From the NCBI GenBank assembly GCA_011364905.1, contig RDNZ01000036.1:1-29654 (forward strand): DNA of 29,654 nucleotides, read 5' to 3'. This document shows, in pieces, positions 1-9,108 of the stretch. Position 1 is the first letter of the stretch. Each line of letters opens with the position of its first letter. The notes under the pieces were generated by a model. It saw nothing but the letters and a program-made list of their open reading frames with translations. It searched no databases and was not told where the DNA came from. This DNA comes from Candidatus Thorarchaeota archaeon (lineage in GTDB: Archaea > Asgardarchaeota > Thorarchaeia > Thorarchaeales > Thorarchaeaceae). Made by a program: the position numbers and the translations under genes.

Positions 1-1
1 T

Positions 2-103
2 TTTGATTCCATTGCAGAGCAAGCGAGCGATATTGAGAAGAAGCGAGAAAAGGCAAAACACCTTGCATTCCAGGCAATTCAATCGAAATCAAATGGCGAT
101 TAG
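2..103 (+). CDS. 3' end of a gene truncated by the window edge; probable paralogue of the RHH protein at 19264-19587
   Basis: Frame +2 reads FDSIAEQASDIEKKREKAKHLAFQAIQSKSNGD* (TAG 101-103), convergent on the VOC gene. It aligns without gaps to FEDIRRQAASLSQQQDAAMKEAQDAILGK (9/29 identities by eye). Confidence 0.6.
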   Translation, partial: FDSIAEQASDIEKKREKAKHLAFQAIQSKSNGD

Positions 104-118
104 ACAGACTGTCTATCC

Positions 119-499
119 TTACCCATGCAGATCTGTTGGCTCCCATAGCTCAATCCTGTTACCCTCAGGATCGATGACCCAGGCGAATTTGCCCTCTTCT
201 GTTTCTTGCACTCCTCTATCATCAACTTCCAAACCTTTCGATTTCATGTTGGCAACGAATTCTTCTATGTCGTGCACAACGAAATTAATCATCCAAGATG
301 ACTTGCTCGGACTGAAGTATTTTGTATCTTCAGGAAACGGGCCCCAAAGCGTGTAGCCCGGCTTTTTCAGATCTGACCATCGAAAGTAGATATAGCCCTC
401 CTCATCAGGCTTGAGCCCAAGATTTTCAACATACCATTGTTGGAGCATTTTTGGATCCTTTGCTTTGAAGAATATTCCACCGATACCTCTTACTGTCAT
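119..499 (-). CDS. VOC (glyoxalase/bleomycin resistance) family protein
   Basis: GIGGIFFKAKDP...WY N-terminus and GKFAWVIDPEGNRIELWEP C-terminus, typical of VOC proteins. Confidence 0.92.
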   Translation of the reverse strand: MTVRGIGGIFFKAKDPKMLQQWYVENLGLKPDEEGYIYFRWSDLKKPGYTLWGPFPEDTKYFSPSKSSWMINFVVHDIEEFVANMKSKGLEVDDRGVQETEEGKFAWVIDPEGNRIELWEPTDLHG

Positions 500-644
500 A
501 ATAACTCACAAACATTTCAACATGTATTAACTATATTTAATTATTGGTTGCATTTGAACCGGATGACCTTGTGCTTTGAGTGCTTTCTCGGTCTTGGAAA
601 CTACAGCCATAACGGACATATGGTTTGTATGGCGAATTATACCC

Positions 645-1376
645 ATGCCGGCGTCGTGGGATGAAGTAGCAGCGGATTATGACAGATCAGTGGGTGAAAC
701 TGGGGACTTTTACCATCGAATCTTTGTCAATCCTGCAATTTTCGACATACTTGGATCTGTTAAAGGACTCTCCATCCTTGACCTCGCTTGTGGACAAGGA
801 TATCTCTCTAGGATTCTGGCTCGTGCAGGAGCAAGAGTGGTCGGTATTGATCTCTCTGAGAAGATGCTCGAGATTGCCCAGGCATCAGAGGAGTCTGAGC
901 CTTTGGGGGTGAGGTACATTTGCTGCAGTTCTGCAGATATGTCCTCCATAGATGATTCCTCGATGGACTGTATTGTTTCCACCTTTGGATTTCACGATAT
1001 CAAAGAGATAGAGTCAACAATTGAAGAGTGTGGCAGAGTTCTAAAGAAGCATGGGAAACTTGTCTTTGCGATTCCGCATCCCTTCTCTTACGCAAAGCGG
1101 CATGAGGACGAGGATGGATTCTTCTTGAAGATACGACACTACATGTCTGTCCGTGAAATTCCCCATCCCAAGTACAAAGAAACCAGTGTCGTCGCATTTC
1201 ACCGACCACTAAGCCTCTACTTCGAGAAACTCTTCTCTGTTGGTCTAAGAATGGTCGCTTTCAAAGAGATTGTGACCGACTTGCACAGAGGTCAGCCCAT
1301 TACAGACAAACGATTACTGGCATTCAGAAGGGAGATACCCGGTTTCCTGGTAGTAGGACTCGTGAAGACTCAATAG
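645..1376 (+). CDS. Class I SAM-dependent methyltransferase
   Basis: ILDLACGQG motif I, VGIDLSEKML, RVLKKHGKLVF, FHRPLS. Start placed at ATG 645 (MPASWDEVAADY) rather than 576. Confidence 0.92.
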   Translation: MPASWDEVAADYDRSVGETGDFYHRIFVNPAIFDILGSVKGLSILDLACGQGYLSRILARAGARVVGIDLSEKMLEIAQASEESEPLGVRYICCSSADMSSIDDSSMDCIVSTFGFHDIKEIESTIEECGRVLKKHGKLVFAIPHPFSYAKRHEDEDGFFLKIRHYMSVREIPHPKYKETSVVAFHRPLSLYFEKLFSVGLRMVAFKEIVTDLHRGQPITDKRLLAFRREIPGFLVVGLVKTQ

Positions 1377-1387
1377 ACCTGTGTACA

Positions 1388-2293
1388 TCAGGAGAATTTG
1401 GGAAGTGCATGTTTCTTTGCCAAAGATACTGGTTCGTCATCCCAGTCACCGAAACTCTGAGCTGCAAGATTTAGATATCCTACTTCACGAGGGTTTAATC
1501 CCGCCTGGGCGGTCACAACAGCATCCAGTTCAAGCAGGTCATCACAAGTCCACAGAATCCCGCAGTTTCTGAATACCTGTGGTTCCAGAGTCATGCCTTT
1601 TGAAGCTGTGAGGACTCCCTCTACGACACCCTTTGTCTTGAATAGTGAATGGTAGATCTTGTTCACATCTACGATGCTGGGATTCATGGCTCCGTTCTCC
1701 TTGCCATGGAACTCTCCCCTGTCCGGTCCTGGAATCATTCCAAAGAGATTCTTCAATGAGAGGGAGATGACAATATCATCGCCCATGAACTTGAGCTTCG
1801 AAAGACTAAGGAGGCTTCCATCACTCAAGTCATACAGACGTTGAGGGACAGAAGAGGCCAGAGACCTCATGCACAGGGGGGAGTAGGCATCCTCAACAAT
1901 TGAAGAAATGGTTTCATGCTCAACCACTCTGCCTGCCCAGACCTCCTCTGTAATGTTAAGATATTCCACGCCATGTTTCTTCAGGACTTCATCAATTCCT
2001 GAATAATGTAGAAACCACTTGTCAGCTTGTCGCAGAGCATCCAAGCCATAGGATCCGTATTTCTTCTCTTCTACAGCCTCTCTACATCTCGCCCACCCGT
2101 AGCTCTCAACCACTAACACCTCATCATCGATTGCAGAAAGTGTCCAGTCTAGGATATCCGCTTCCGTATAGATGACCGAAAAGCCCCAGTTGGGCTTTAT
2201 GACCACTGGAGGTGTCAAACCGAGGGCGTTGACCATCTCGATGAAGGTTTCTCGATGAACTCGGTTCCGAAACGCCACTCTGCCGAACTTCAT
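1388..2293 (-). CDS. DUF362 domain protein
   Basis: VVIKPNW, VVES, LSKLK and SLSLKNLFGMIPG..RGEFH motifs. Start taken at ATG 2293 (2314 possible); the longer ORF overlaps the 2420 gene. Confidence 0.75.
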   Translation of the reverse strand: MKFGRVAFRNRVHRETFIEMVNALGLTPPVVIKPNWGFSVIYTEADILDWTLSAIDDEVLVVESYGWARCREAVEEKKYGSYGLDALRQADKWFLHYSGIDEVLKKHGVEYLNITEEVWAGRVVEHETISSIVEDAYSPLCMRSLASSVPQRLYDLSDGSLLSLSKLKFMGDDIVISLSLKNLFGMIPGPDRGEFHGKENGAMNPSIVDVNKIYHSLFKTKGVVEGVLTASKGMTLEPQVFRNCGILWTCDDLLELDAVVTAQAGLNPREVGYLNLAAQSFGDWDDEPVSLAKKHALPKFS

Positions 2294-2419
2294 TGAGTCC
2301 GCTTGCTGCATCATAATAAAAACGCACGGGCATTTGCTAAAGTAACATTCACTCGGAACTTGCGAGGTTAGAAATGTTGATACCCTCAGTCGCTGTAAAC
2401 CACTCGTGGTGTTTCTCAA

Positions 2420-2635
2420 ATGACATGCTATTTCAGACATCTGAAAGAGACCTTTGCTGAACTTGGTGTCGAAGTGACACCGGAGAACAAGCAAGAGATT
2501 GACCGGGCGATTCACAAACTTGTTGGCGTGAACTACAAGAACTGCTCTGAAACATGGAAGGAAATCAAGAAACGCAGGGCAGCTGATGAGGCTGGTTTCA
2601 TGAAAGCCCTCGATGGTGCCCTTGGGAAGTTTTAG
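2420..2635 (+). CDS. Small conserved hypothetical protein (MTCYF...H...YxNC..TWK family), copy 1
   Basis: 71 aa, helical; a clear paralogue at 15174-15398 supports coding status. Confidence 0.85.
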   Translation: MTCYFRHLKETFAELGVEVTPENKQEIDRAIHKLVGVNYKNCSETWKEIKKRRAADEAGFMKALDGALGKF

Positions 2636-2639
2636 ACAA

Positions 2640-3038
2640 CTATGTTTCTTCTTCGGACTTTGGTTTGAAATCCAGTGCTGCTGAATTGATACAGTATCTC
2701 AGTCGAGTCGGATTGGGTCCATCGTCAAAGACATGACCTAGATGGCCCCCGCAATTCCTGCAGACAACCTCGATCCTCGACATCCCATGACTCTTGTCAA
2801 CCTTCATCTCAACACTGTCTTCTGAAACTTTATCCCAGAAACTTGGCCATCCACTCCCAGACTCGTACTTGGTTTCAGAACTAAAGAGCACGTTTCCACA
2901 TCCTGCACAGACATAAGTGCCGTCGGCTTTATGATGTACGTATTTGCCTGTGAAAGGAGGTTCGGTCCCGCACTGTCGAAGGACCTTGAACTGCTCTGTG
3001 CTCAGTGTTACTTTCCATTCGTCTTCTGTCTTCTTCAT
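2640..3038 (-). CDS. msrB: Peptide-methionine (R)-S-oxide reductase MsrB
   Basis: GTEPPFTG, zinc ligands CAGC...[23 protein letters not shown], catalytic RYCINS (Cys). Start at ATG 3038 (MKKTEDEW). Confidence 0.97.
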   Translation of the reverse strand: MKKTEDEWKVTLSTEQFKVLRQCGTEPPFTGKYVHHKADGTYVCAGCGNVLFSSETKYESGSGWPSFWDKVSEDSVEMKVDKSHGMSRIEVVCRNCGGHLGHVFDDGPNPTRLRYCINSAALDFKPKSEEET

Positions 3039-3122
3039 GGTTAACTTTCGTGCACGAACAATAAAAACCGCTTCGGAAGCGGCCTTATTTGAATACTCAG
3101 AAATAAGAACATGCGGTGACAT

Positions 3123-3752
3123 GTGTATAGAGGTGATCTGTTGGTTTTCGAGTGGATTAATCTGGTATCACTACATGTGAGTGCTTTCGTCTTCGCCTAC
3201 TTGGCAACCCTAAGTGTAATGCCGGTGACACGTGAGGAACAGAGAGGAGAGAAGGCGTGGGAGGAATGTGCAAGACTTCGTGGCATCTCGTTTGTGTTTG
3301 CAGGGATCATGATAGTGAATACGGTTCTATGGATTTGGTTTCCAGTTTCCGGACTTGACTGGGTCCTAAGCCCCAGTCCGTTGCTTGGGATTGTTATTGG
3401 CATCGTCATTGGTGTTCCCTGTTTCATAATCATGACGATTGCCTACAGAGATGCAGGGACAGAGATGCATGCACCTCAGAAAGGAATTCAACTCCACGGA
3501 GGTATCTACAAGAAGATTCGACATCCAGGTGCAGTTGGAGAGATGCCTCTCTATGTGGTGGTTGCGATGCTTGTGAACTCATTATTCCTGACAGTCTGGA
3601 TGACTATCTTCATCCTCCTCTTTACGCCTATCCACATCTACTATGAAGAGAAGGACCTACTGAAACGGTTTGGCGATACCTACATTGAGTATCGAAAGAG
3701 GACTCCAGCTGTGTTTCCAGGTCTCAAACGTCATACTAAGAAAGAAGAATGA
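3123..3752 (+). CDS. Isoprenylcysteine carboxyl methyltransferase / PEMT family membrane protein
   Basis: Several TM helices, GIYKKIRHP and [21 protein letters not shown] motifs. Exact start uncertain. Confidence 0.85.
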   Translation: MYRGDLLVFEWINLVSLHVSAFVFAYLATLSVMPVTREEQRGEKAWEECARLRGISFVFAGIMIVNTVLWIWFPVSGLDWVLSPSPLLGIVIGIVIGVPCFIIMTIAYRDAGTEMHAPQKGIQLHGGIYKKIRHPGAVGEMPLYVVVAMLVNSLFLTVWMTIFILLFTPIHIYYEEKDLLKRFGDTYIEYRKRTPAVFPGLKRHTKKEE

Positions 3753-3830
3753 ATGGGTGAGAGGATACATCCTCTTCCATTGGTCTGTATATCACTCTAC
3801 ACTAGTCCTAACAGTTTTATCCAAGTAGCT

Positions 3831-4769
3831 ATGTCACCACCTCTGGAGAGGATCAGGTTGGCACGAGCAATCGAAGAAGTGGAGATTCGAGTCCTTGCTG
3901 ACAGTAATGTCCAGGCCAGAAGGGCAATCGGAGAGGCTGGATTTGCCGCACTAGTCACGATACGATATGACGATATGAGTGAGTTCCAGTTCCTCTTCGA
4001 TACAGCTGGTGGAACTCCCGCTTTGGAGCACAACGTAGGTGTCATGAAAGAACAGATCAATCGAGACCTCTCCGAGATTGAACTGATTGTTCTAAGTCAT
4101 GGTCATTGGGATCATGTGGCTGGTTTGCTGAAAGTACTAGACATTACTGGGAAACCGGTTCGTGTTCTATGTCATCCGGACGCACTTCTACACAAGATAT
4201 TCACAGAAAAAAGCGGAAAAACGCATGAGATAGGCATTCATCAATACTATACTGTATCCGAGCTTGAAAGCAGGACCAAGATAATTCGTGCCACTGAACC
4301 GTACAAAATAGCTGACGGAATTATGACCACTGGTGTTGTTCCCCGCAAGAACAGCTTTGAGAAGTTGACAGGCAACCTTCTCAAGATTACTACCGAAAGA
4401 GAAGGAAAGATGGTACCTGACCTGATTGAAGATGACCTCTCTGTCGTCTTTCATATGAAAGATGGGAAGGTCGTAGTCCTCACTGGCTGTTGCCACTCTG
4501 GAGTGGTGAATACCGTGGAGCATGCGGCCCACCTCACTGGCTCCTCATCTATCACAAGTATTGTGGGGGGTCTCCATCTCCTTGATGCATCAAAAGAACG
4601 ATTGTCCTTCACAGTTGAGAGTCTTAGGCAATACCCACTGTCTACCATCGGTGCTTGCCATTGCACTGGACTGAGAGGTCGCGCTGCCCTCATGTATGCA
4701 TCTGAAAGTGTCTTCAAAGATGTTGGTGCCACATCGGTCCTCAAGTTCCAGGCAGAGTTGACTGAATGA
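3831..4769 (+). CDS. MBL-fold metallo-hydrolase (COG1237-like)
   Basis: LFDTA, SHGHWDH, GCCHSG, GGLHL and CHCTG motifs. Start placed at ATG 3831. Confidence 0.9.
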   Translation: MSPPLERIRLARAIEEVEIRVLADSNVQARRAIGEAGFAALVTIRYDDMSEFQFLFDTAGGTPALEHNVGVMKEQINRDLSEIELIVLSHGHWDHVAGLLKVLDITGKPVRVLCHPDALLHKIFTEKSGKTHEIGIHQYYTVSELESRTKIIRATEPYKIADGIMTTGVVPRKNSFEKLTGNLLKITTEREGKMVPDLIEDDLSVVFHMKDGKVVVLTGCCHSGVVNTVEHAAHLTGSSSITSIVGGLHLLDASKERLSFTVESLRQYPLSTIGACHCTGLRGRAALMYASESVFKDVGATSVLKFQAELTE

Positions 4770-5610
4770 AGTCACTGATCAGGTCTGCGACCATTTGAGC
4801 ACCTGCTGTATTCAGATGTAGATAATCGACATGAAGAGTGAAACCAGAGCCTCGCGCGATGTCATCCCAACTTCTTCTGAAAAGATACCGACTGATTATG
4901 GCTTTGATTATACCCATCTTGTATTTCTCGTAGGGATATTTCACGTCCCGGTGTTTTTTGTGAAGATACTCTGCCATTTCCTCATGTAGAGGCAAGTAGG
5001 TGACATCTGTTTTCTCTGCAACTTCTTTGACTACTGTACTGTATTCGGAGCTTCGCATAAAAGCAGGATCGCTGTTGTTCTCGCCAATTGTGGGGATTGA
5101 AAGGAGAGCTATCCTGGCTGTGGTCTTGATTTTGAGACCCTCCACAATTGAAATGAGTGACCTCCTGTACCAGTCACTACTAGGTTGCCTTGGTAGTTTC
5201 ATATTCCTGATATAACCCCTCATTATGTCCTTAGACATGGTTGCATTGGCATCATTTGTGCCAATCAGGACTGTCACAATGTCTGGTTCACAATCAATCA
5301 CTTCATTCAACCTCTGCAGAGCGTTCCAGGCGAGCTCTGAGTTTATTCCTGCATTGATAATCTCAAGATCTCGGTCCTCTAGTCGATTAGTAAGCATTTC
5401 AGCATAATTCACACCAATCCTCCCGTGTGTTATACTATCGCCTAGAAGTACAAGAACCGGTCTTTGTTTACCATTTCTGGATTGCTGCTTGAGATACTTT
5501 AAAGGCGTGTTGGAAGGAAGTTTCATCATTGATTGATAGTATACATTAATTGTGAGCAGTCCGACCACTAGGATGACTGATACGATGATTGACACGAGGA
5601 TCAGTGACAT
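4741..5610 (-). CDS. SGNH/GDSL hydrolase with N-terminal membrane anchor
   Basis: LGDSIT, NAGINS, IGTND and DYLHLN blocks; hydrophobic N-terminus. Start at ATG 5610. Confidence 0.92.
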   Translation of the reverse strand: MSLILVSIIVSVILVVGLLTINVYYQSMMKLPSNTPLKYLKQQSRNGKQRPVLVLLGDSITHGRIGVNYAEMLTNRLEDRDLEIINAGINSELAWNALQRLNEVIDCEPDIVTVLIGTNDANATMSKDIMRGYIRNMKLPRQPSSDWYRRSLISIVEGLKIKTTARIALLSIPTIGENNSDPAFMRSSEYSTVVKEVAEKTDVTYLPLHEEMAEYLHKKHRDVKYPYEKYKMGIIKAIISRYLFRRSWDDIARGSGFTLHVDYLHLNTAGAQMVADLISDFIQSTLPGT

Positions 5611-5704
5611 TGCGTCGATACATCCAACCGGTCTGATTAATCTTTGTTCAAAATGACAGTACCGGTCAATTCTTTTGAGCAATTTTCCTGAGCCTCGATG
5701 TACT

Positions 5705-6163
5705 ATGCCCGAATATATTCAAGATGCATGGCCTGAGCAGGGGACATTCTGCTGGGGCTGTGGAAAAAACAACGAACACGGTCTTCACTTGAAAAGTCAC
5801 TGGGAGGACAATGAAACAGTGGCGGTCTGGAAACCCAAGGAACATCACATGGCGTTTCCTGGAATCATGAATGGTGGCATCATCGCGACCCTTATTGACT
5901 GTCACGGGACTGGGACCGCCAACGCTGCAGCTCATAGAGCTAGTGAAAACTTGCCTCAGCACTTCATGTTTGTCACTTCAGGGTTGTCAGTGAGGTTTCT
6001 TAGGCCAACACCTCTGAACCGACCAGTCATGTTGAAGGCACAGGTCAAAGACTTTAGTGACAGGAAAATAACAGTCTCTTGCGAGTTGTATTCTGGAGAT
6101 ATGAAGTGTGCAACAGGCGAAGTTACGACAGTTCGAGTAGATATAGACCGATTTCTTCAATGA
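5705..6163 (+). CDS. PaaI family (hotdog-fold) thioesterase
   Basis: CWGCG.NN.HGL, PGIMNGGIIATLIDCH, VRFLRPTP. Start at ATG 5705. Confidence 0.9.
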   Translation: MPEYIQDAWPEQGTFCWGCGKNNEHGLHLKSHWEDNETVAVWKPKEHHMAFPGIMNGGIIATLIDCHGTGTANAAAHRASENLPQHFMFVTSGLSVRFLRPTPLNRPVMLKAQVKDFSDRKITVSCELYSGDMKCATGEVTTVRVDIDRFLQ

Positions 6164-6183
6164 GCCTCCTTTCTTAGATCAAT

Positions 6184-7077
6184 ATGCGAGATTTAGCGAA
6201 TCCTTTTAGGCTTAGGAGACCTAGACCTGACAGGGGATTCAGTTTGGAGTTTCAGGAAGATAGTGGGACTACATGTTCAAGGTGTGGGTCTCTTGTTCCC
6301 GCTGGAAACTCATACTGCGGGAAATGTGGTGCACCTGTTTCCAGAACTAGGCACTCCACCAGTAGCGGAATAGAACTTGAGGGAGGCTCTCAGAGCTCCA
6401 TAGCATATCCACCCTATCAACGGAAATACTCAATGATTCAACGACTCACCAAACTGGTGGCATCACCACGAGAGGCAATGACAGACATCGGCCGAGCTCC
6501 TGACTATGAGGGCGTGGCTGTTCTGCTTGCGATGTGGATAGTCTTTGGTATTACTACGGGTGTGGTCATGGCCAACAAGATTCAATTCATCGGCCCTTAT
6601 GGGAACCAAGCAACTTCTATGTTCTACACAGGGGTATCAATTGGACTGTTTCTGGTTCCCATTGTCACGATTGCCAGATGGTTAGTGAAATCCCTCTTGA
6701 TTCAGTTTTCATGCGATAGAAGCAATTGGGACTTCAAAACAGCAGCATCCGTGACTGGTTATGCCTACCTTCCCAATGTGGTGGTTAGCTTTGTGTGGAT
6801 ATTCATCATCTCTGCTCTTGTTCCATCAATCTCCCTAGATACTGCCGACCTCGATGCTGCCTTAATCCAGCTTCAGCAGTTCGATGCTCAGACCAGTTGG
6901 TTAACGGTGGGAGTGAGTCTGATGATAGCACTGCTAGCACTTCTTTGGAAATCCTATCTTGGTGGATTGGGTGCACATGCAGGGACGCACGAAACCATTT
7001 CAGAGAGTCACGGGATAATGTGGTTCCTGTTCATCGGTTTCATCGGAATACTGATTGATTTTACTGGGATTGTTTAG
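6184..7077 (+). CDS. Zinc-ribbon + Yip1-domain membrane protein
   Basis: CSRC-x10-CGKCG zinc ribbon, then LVASPREAM and about 5 TM segments with GYAYLP. TTG 6244 is an alternative start. Confidence 0.75.
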   Translation: MRDLANPFRLRRPRPDRGFSLEFQEDSGTTCSRCGSLVPAGNSYCGKCGAPVSRTRHSTSSGIELEGGSQSSIAYPPYQRKYSMIQRLTKLVASPREAMTDIGRAPDYEGVAVLLAMWIVFGITTGVVMANKIQFIGPYGNQATSMFYTGVSIGLFLVPIVTIARWLVKSLLIQFSCDRSNWDFKTAASVTGYAYLPNVVVSFVWIFIISALVPSISLDTADLDAALIQLQQFDAQTSWLTVGVSLMIALLALLWKSYLGGLGAHAGTHETISESHGIMWFLFIGFIGILIDFTGIV

Positions 7078-7285
7078 TGATTGGATAACATAGCCGTCTT
7101 TGAGTAGTATGTCGTCACCTTCAATGCGGAATGCGCATTTCAAGAACGCAAAAAAGGCCAAGAATAAGGATTAATAAGACTCTTAGTCATAAGTGAAGGT
7201 CGTTGCGAGACTGAGAGAGAGAGAGAAACAGTCGATTCCTGCGGATATGATCGAGTGTAGCCATCGCGACTGGGAGAGGCTCTAC

Positions 7286-9094
7286 ATGGATTCAGAGAGG
7301 AAACTATTCCTATTTGCAGTGTCATTTACATTCGTCATAGTTCTATTGGCCGCAGGACCTATGACTAAGACCATTTCAATAGCTAATGACTCTCTCGTTA
7401 CCAGTCCGACTACTGTGTTTTATCCATCAGATGTAATCACGCCCCTTGAAACAACAATAAGCTTGGACGGGACTATGGGTCTGGGTGGATGGTATGTTTC
7501 TGATGTCACAGTTACTCTCTCGGTACAATCCAGTGTTCCTGAGTTCACAACTGCGTATAGCTTTGATGAGATAAACTGGAACTCCTACACTGGTCCCTTC
7601 GTGATATCAACGGAAGGATCCACAACGGTATACTACAATTCAACTGATTCAGATGGCTTGGCTGAAGCCACAAAGATGAAAACAATTCAGATTGACAAGA
7701 CACCTCCTGACCTCACTCTTGAAACTAAGACAGTCCCTGCCGAGGGTGTACTTGTGACCATCGTAGCCACTGAAAAAGTGTCATATATCACGGACATAGG
7801 ATATAGATTGGATGAGGGCAGCTGGAATCGTTATCCAGGACCGTTTCTTCTCACCAAGGAAGGCACTCAACCTGTCTACTATAGAGCACAGGATGCAGCT
7901 GGTAATCTTGCGGAGAAATTCGCTAATGTTGAAGTTGTGATTCTTCCTGCAGTGTCAGAAACAGAAGTTTCTTACACAGGTGACACGATGGGAGTCTACT
8001 CGGACCCAGTGAATCTTGAAGCTAACCTGACTGATAGCCTGACTGGATTGCCAGTATCAGGCAAATTGATAGAGTTCACAGTTGGGTCACAGACTGCATC
8101 AGCCCTCACAGATACAAATGGACTTGCGTCTACCAGTCTGGTTCTGGATCAACCCTCAGGCACCTACACTGTGTCCGCCTCCTTTGCTGGTGATGATGCA
8201 TATCTATCATCCTCTGACAGTTCTGAGTTCCTGCTCTCCAAGGAGTCTTCTTTTGTCTTCTACAGTGGACTAACCGTGATTCCAGAGTCCGATTCGAGCC
8301 TCACTCTTATGGCAACAGTATTCGACGATGCTGATGGCTATTTGGGCGATCTCACTCAGATCTATGTGACCTTCACGATCTACCTCTCATCAGATACGAC
8401 CATGCCAGTTCAGGTCATAGATTCAATTGGCGTTTCGACCACAGACCTTGATGGAATTGGCATCGCAGCCGTTGAGATTCCTAACCTGCCTGAGAATGAA
8501 TATCTCATCGTTGTCAGTCTTGACCCTAGCCAGAATCACTACTACTGGAGTCCTGATTCTGAAGCTGTATCCCTCACCATATACAAACCCGGACGTGAAT
8601 CTACCAGTGGCTTTGGGTGGATTAAGGATGCAGACGGGAACAAGGGTCAGTTTGTCTTTATGGTAAAGTACTCATGCAGGGGCGGATTGAATGGATTCGT
8701 CTACTATACTCTGCGAGTTGGCGATGTGGTCTATTTTGTCAGGAGTACCGATATCACTGGTTTCACAGTTGATTACAACCACGCCTTCTTTGAAGCATCA
8801 GTTACAATCTACATGTATAACATTGAAACAAGGGAGAAAATCCAACTCGAAGATGGCTACAGAGTACGTGTGGATGTCTGGGCTTCAATGAAGCGATGCG
8901 GGAAGGACATATTTCAGATACAGGTCTTCGACAAGTATGGTGTAGTTATCTATGCGGCTGGGTTTGATCCGCTTGGCTATGTGCACAGAGGGAACATTGT
9001 CATTCAAGGATATTACCATCATCATCATTATCGCCATCATCACAAGCACTACTGGTATCATCGAGGTCATTGCCACAAGATGAAGCACTGGTGA
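7286..9094 (+). CDS. Secreted multi-domain Ig-like protein (two OmpL47-type beta-sandwich repeats, Ig-like domains, post-COAP-1-like C-terminal domain) with His-rich tail
   Basis: N-terminal hydrophobic segment; repeated W..Y.GPF....EG...VYY...D..G motif; IDKTPP; GFGWI...KGQFVFMVKY...D.F.IQV...GNIVI; C-terminal HHHHYRHHHKH. Start at ATG 7286. Domain names come from motif recollection. Confidence 0.75.
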   Translation: MDSERKLFLFAVSFTFVIVLLAAGPMTKTISIANDSLVTSPTTVFYPSDVITPLETTISLDGTMGLGGWYVSDVTVTLSVQSSVPEFTTAYSFDEINWNSYTGPFVISTEGSTTVYYNSTDSDGLAEATKMKTIQIDKTPPDLTLETKTVPAEGVLVTIVATEKVSYITDIGYRLDEGSWNRYPGPFLLTKEGTQPVYYRAQDAAGNLAEKFANVEVVILPAVSETEVSYTGDTMGVYSDPVNLEANLTDSLTGLPVSGKLIEFTVGSQTASALTDTNGLASTSLVLDQPSGTYTVSASFAGDDAYLSSSDSSEFLLSKESSFVFYSGLTVIPESDSSLTLMATVFDDADGYLGDLTQIYVTFTIYLSSDTTMPVQVIDSIGVSTTDLDGIGIAAVEIPNLPENEYLIVVSLDPSQNHYYWSPDSEAVSLTIYKPGRESTSGFGWIKDADGNKGQFVFMVKYSCRGGLNGFVYYTLRVGDVVYFVRSTDITGFTVDYNHAFFEASVTIYMYNIETREKIQLEDGYRVRVDVWASMKRCGKDIFQIQVFDKYGVVIYAAGFDPLGYVHRGNIVIQGYYHHHHYRHHHKHYWYHRGHCHKMKHW

Positions 9095-9108
9095 TTAGTT
9101 TCTCCTGT

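Noticed and set aside
2640-3038. MsrB as a possible selenoprotein
   Set aside because: The catalytic residue is an ordinary Cys codon (RYCINS), and there is no in-frame TGA.
3750-3830. The ICMT-like gene's TGA is followed immediately by an in-frame ATG leading into the MBL ORF (possible readthrough fusion)
   Set aside because: Both proteins are complete on their own. The intervening 26 codons look non-coding and include a TTTTAT promoter-like tract, and ATG 3831 is the better start.
4741-4769. 29-bp convergent overlap between the MBL and SGNH genes
   Set aside because: Short 3' overlaps are common in compact archaeal genomes.
7206-7228. Short (GA)n run upstream of the secreted protein
   Set aside because: It is too short to support phase variation and lies outside the likely CDS.
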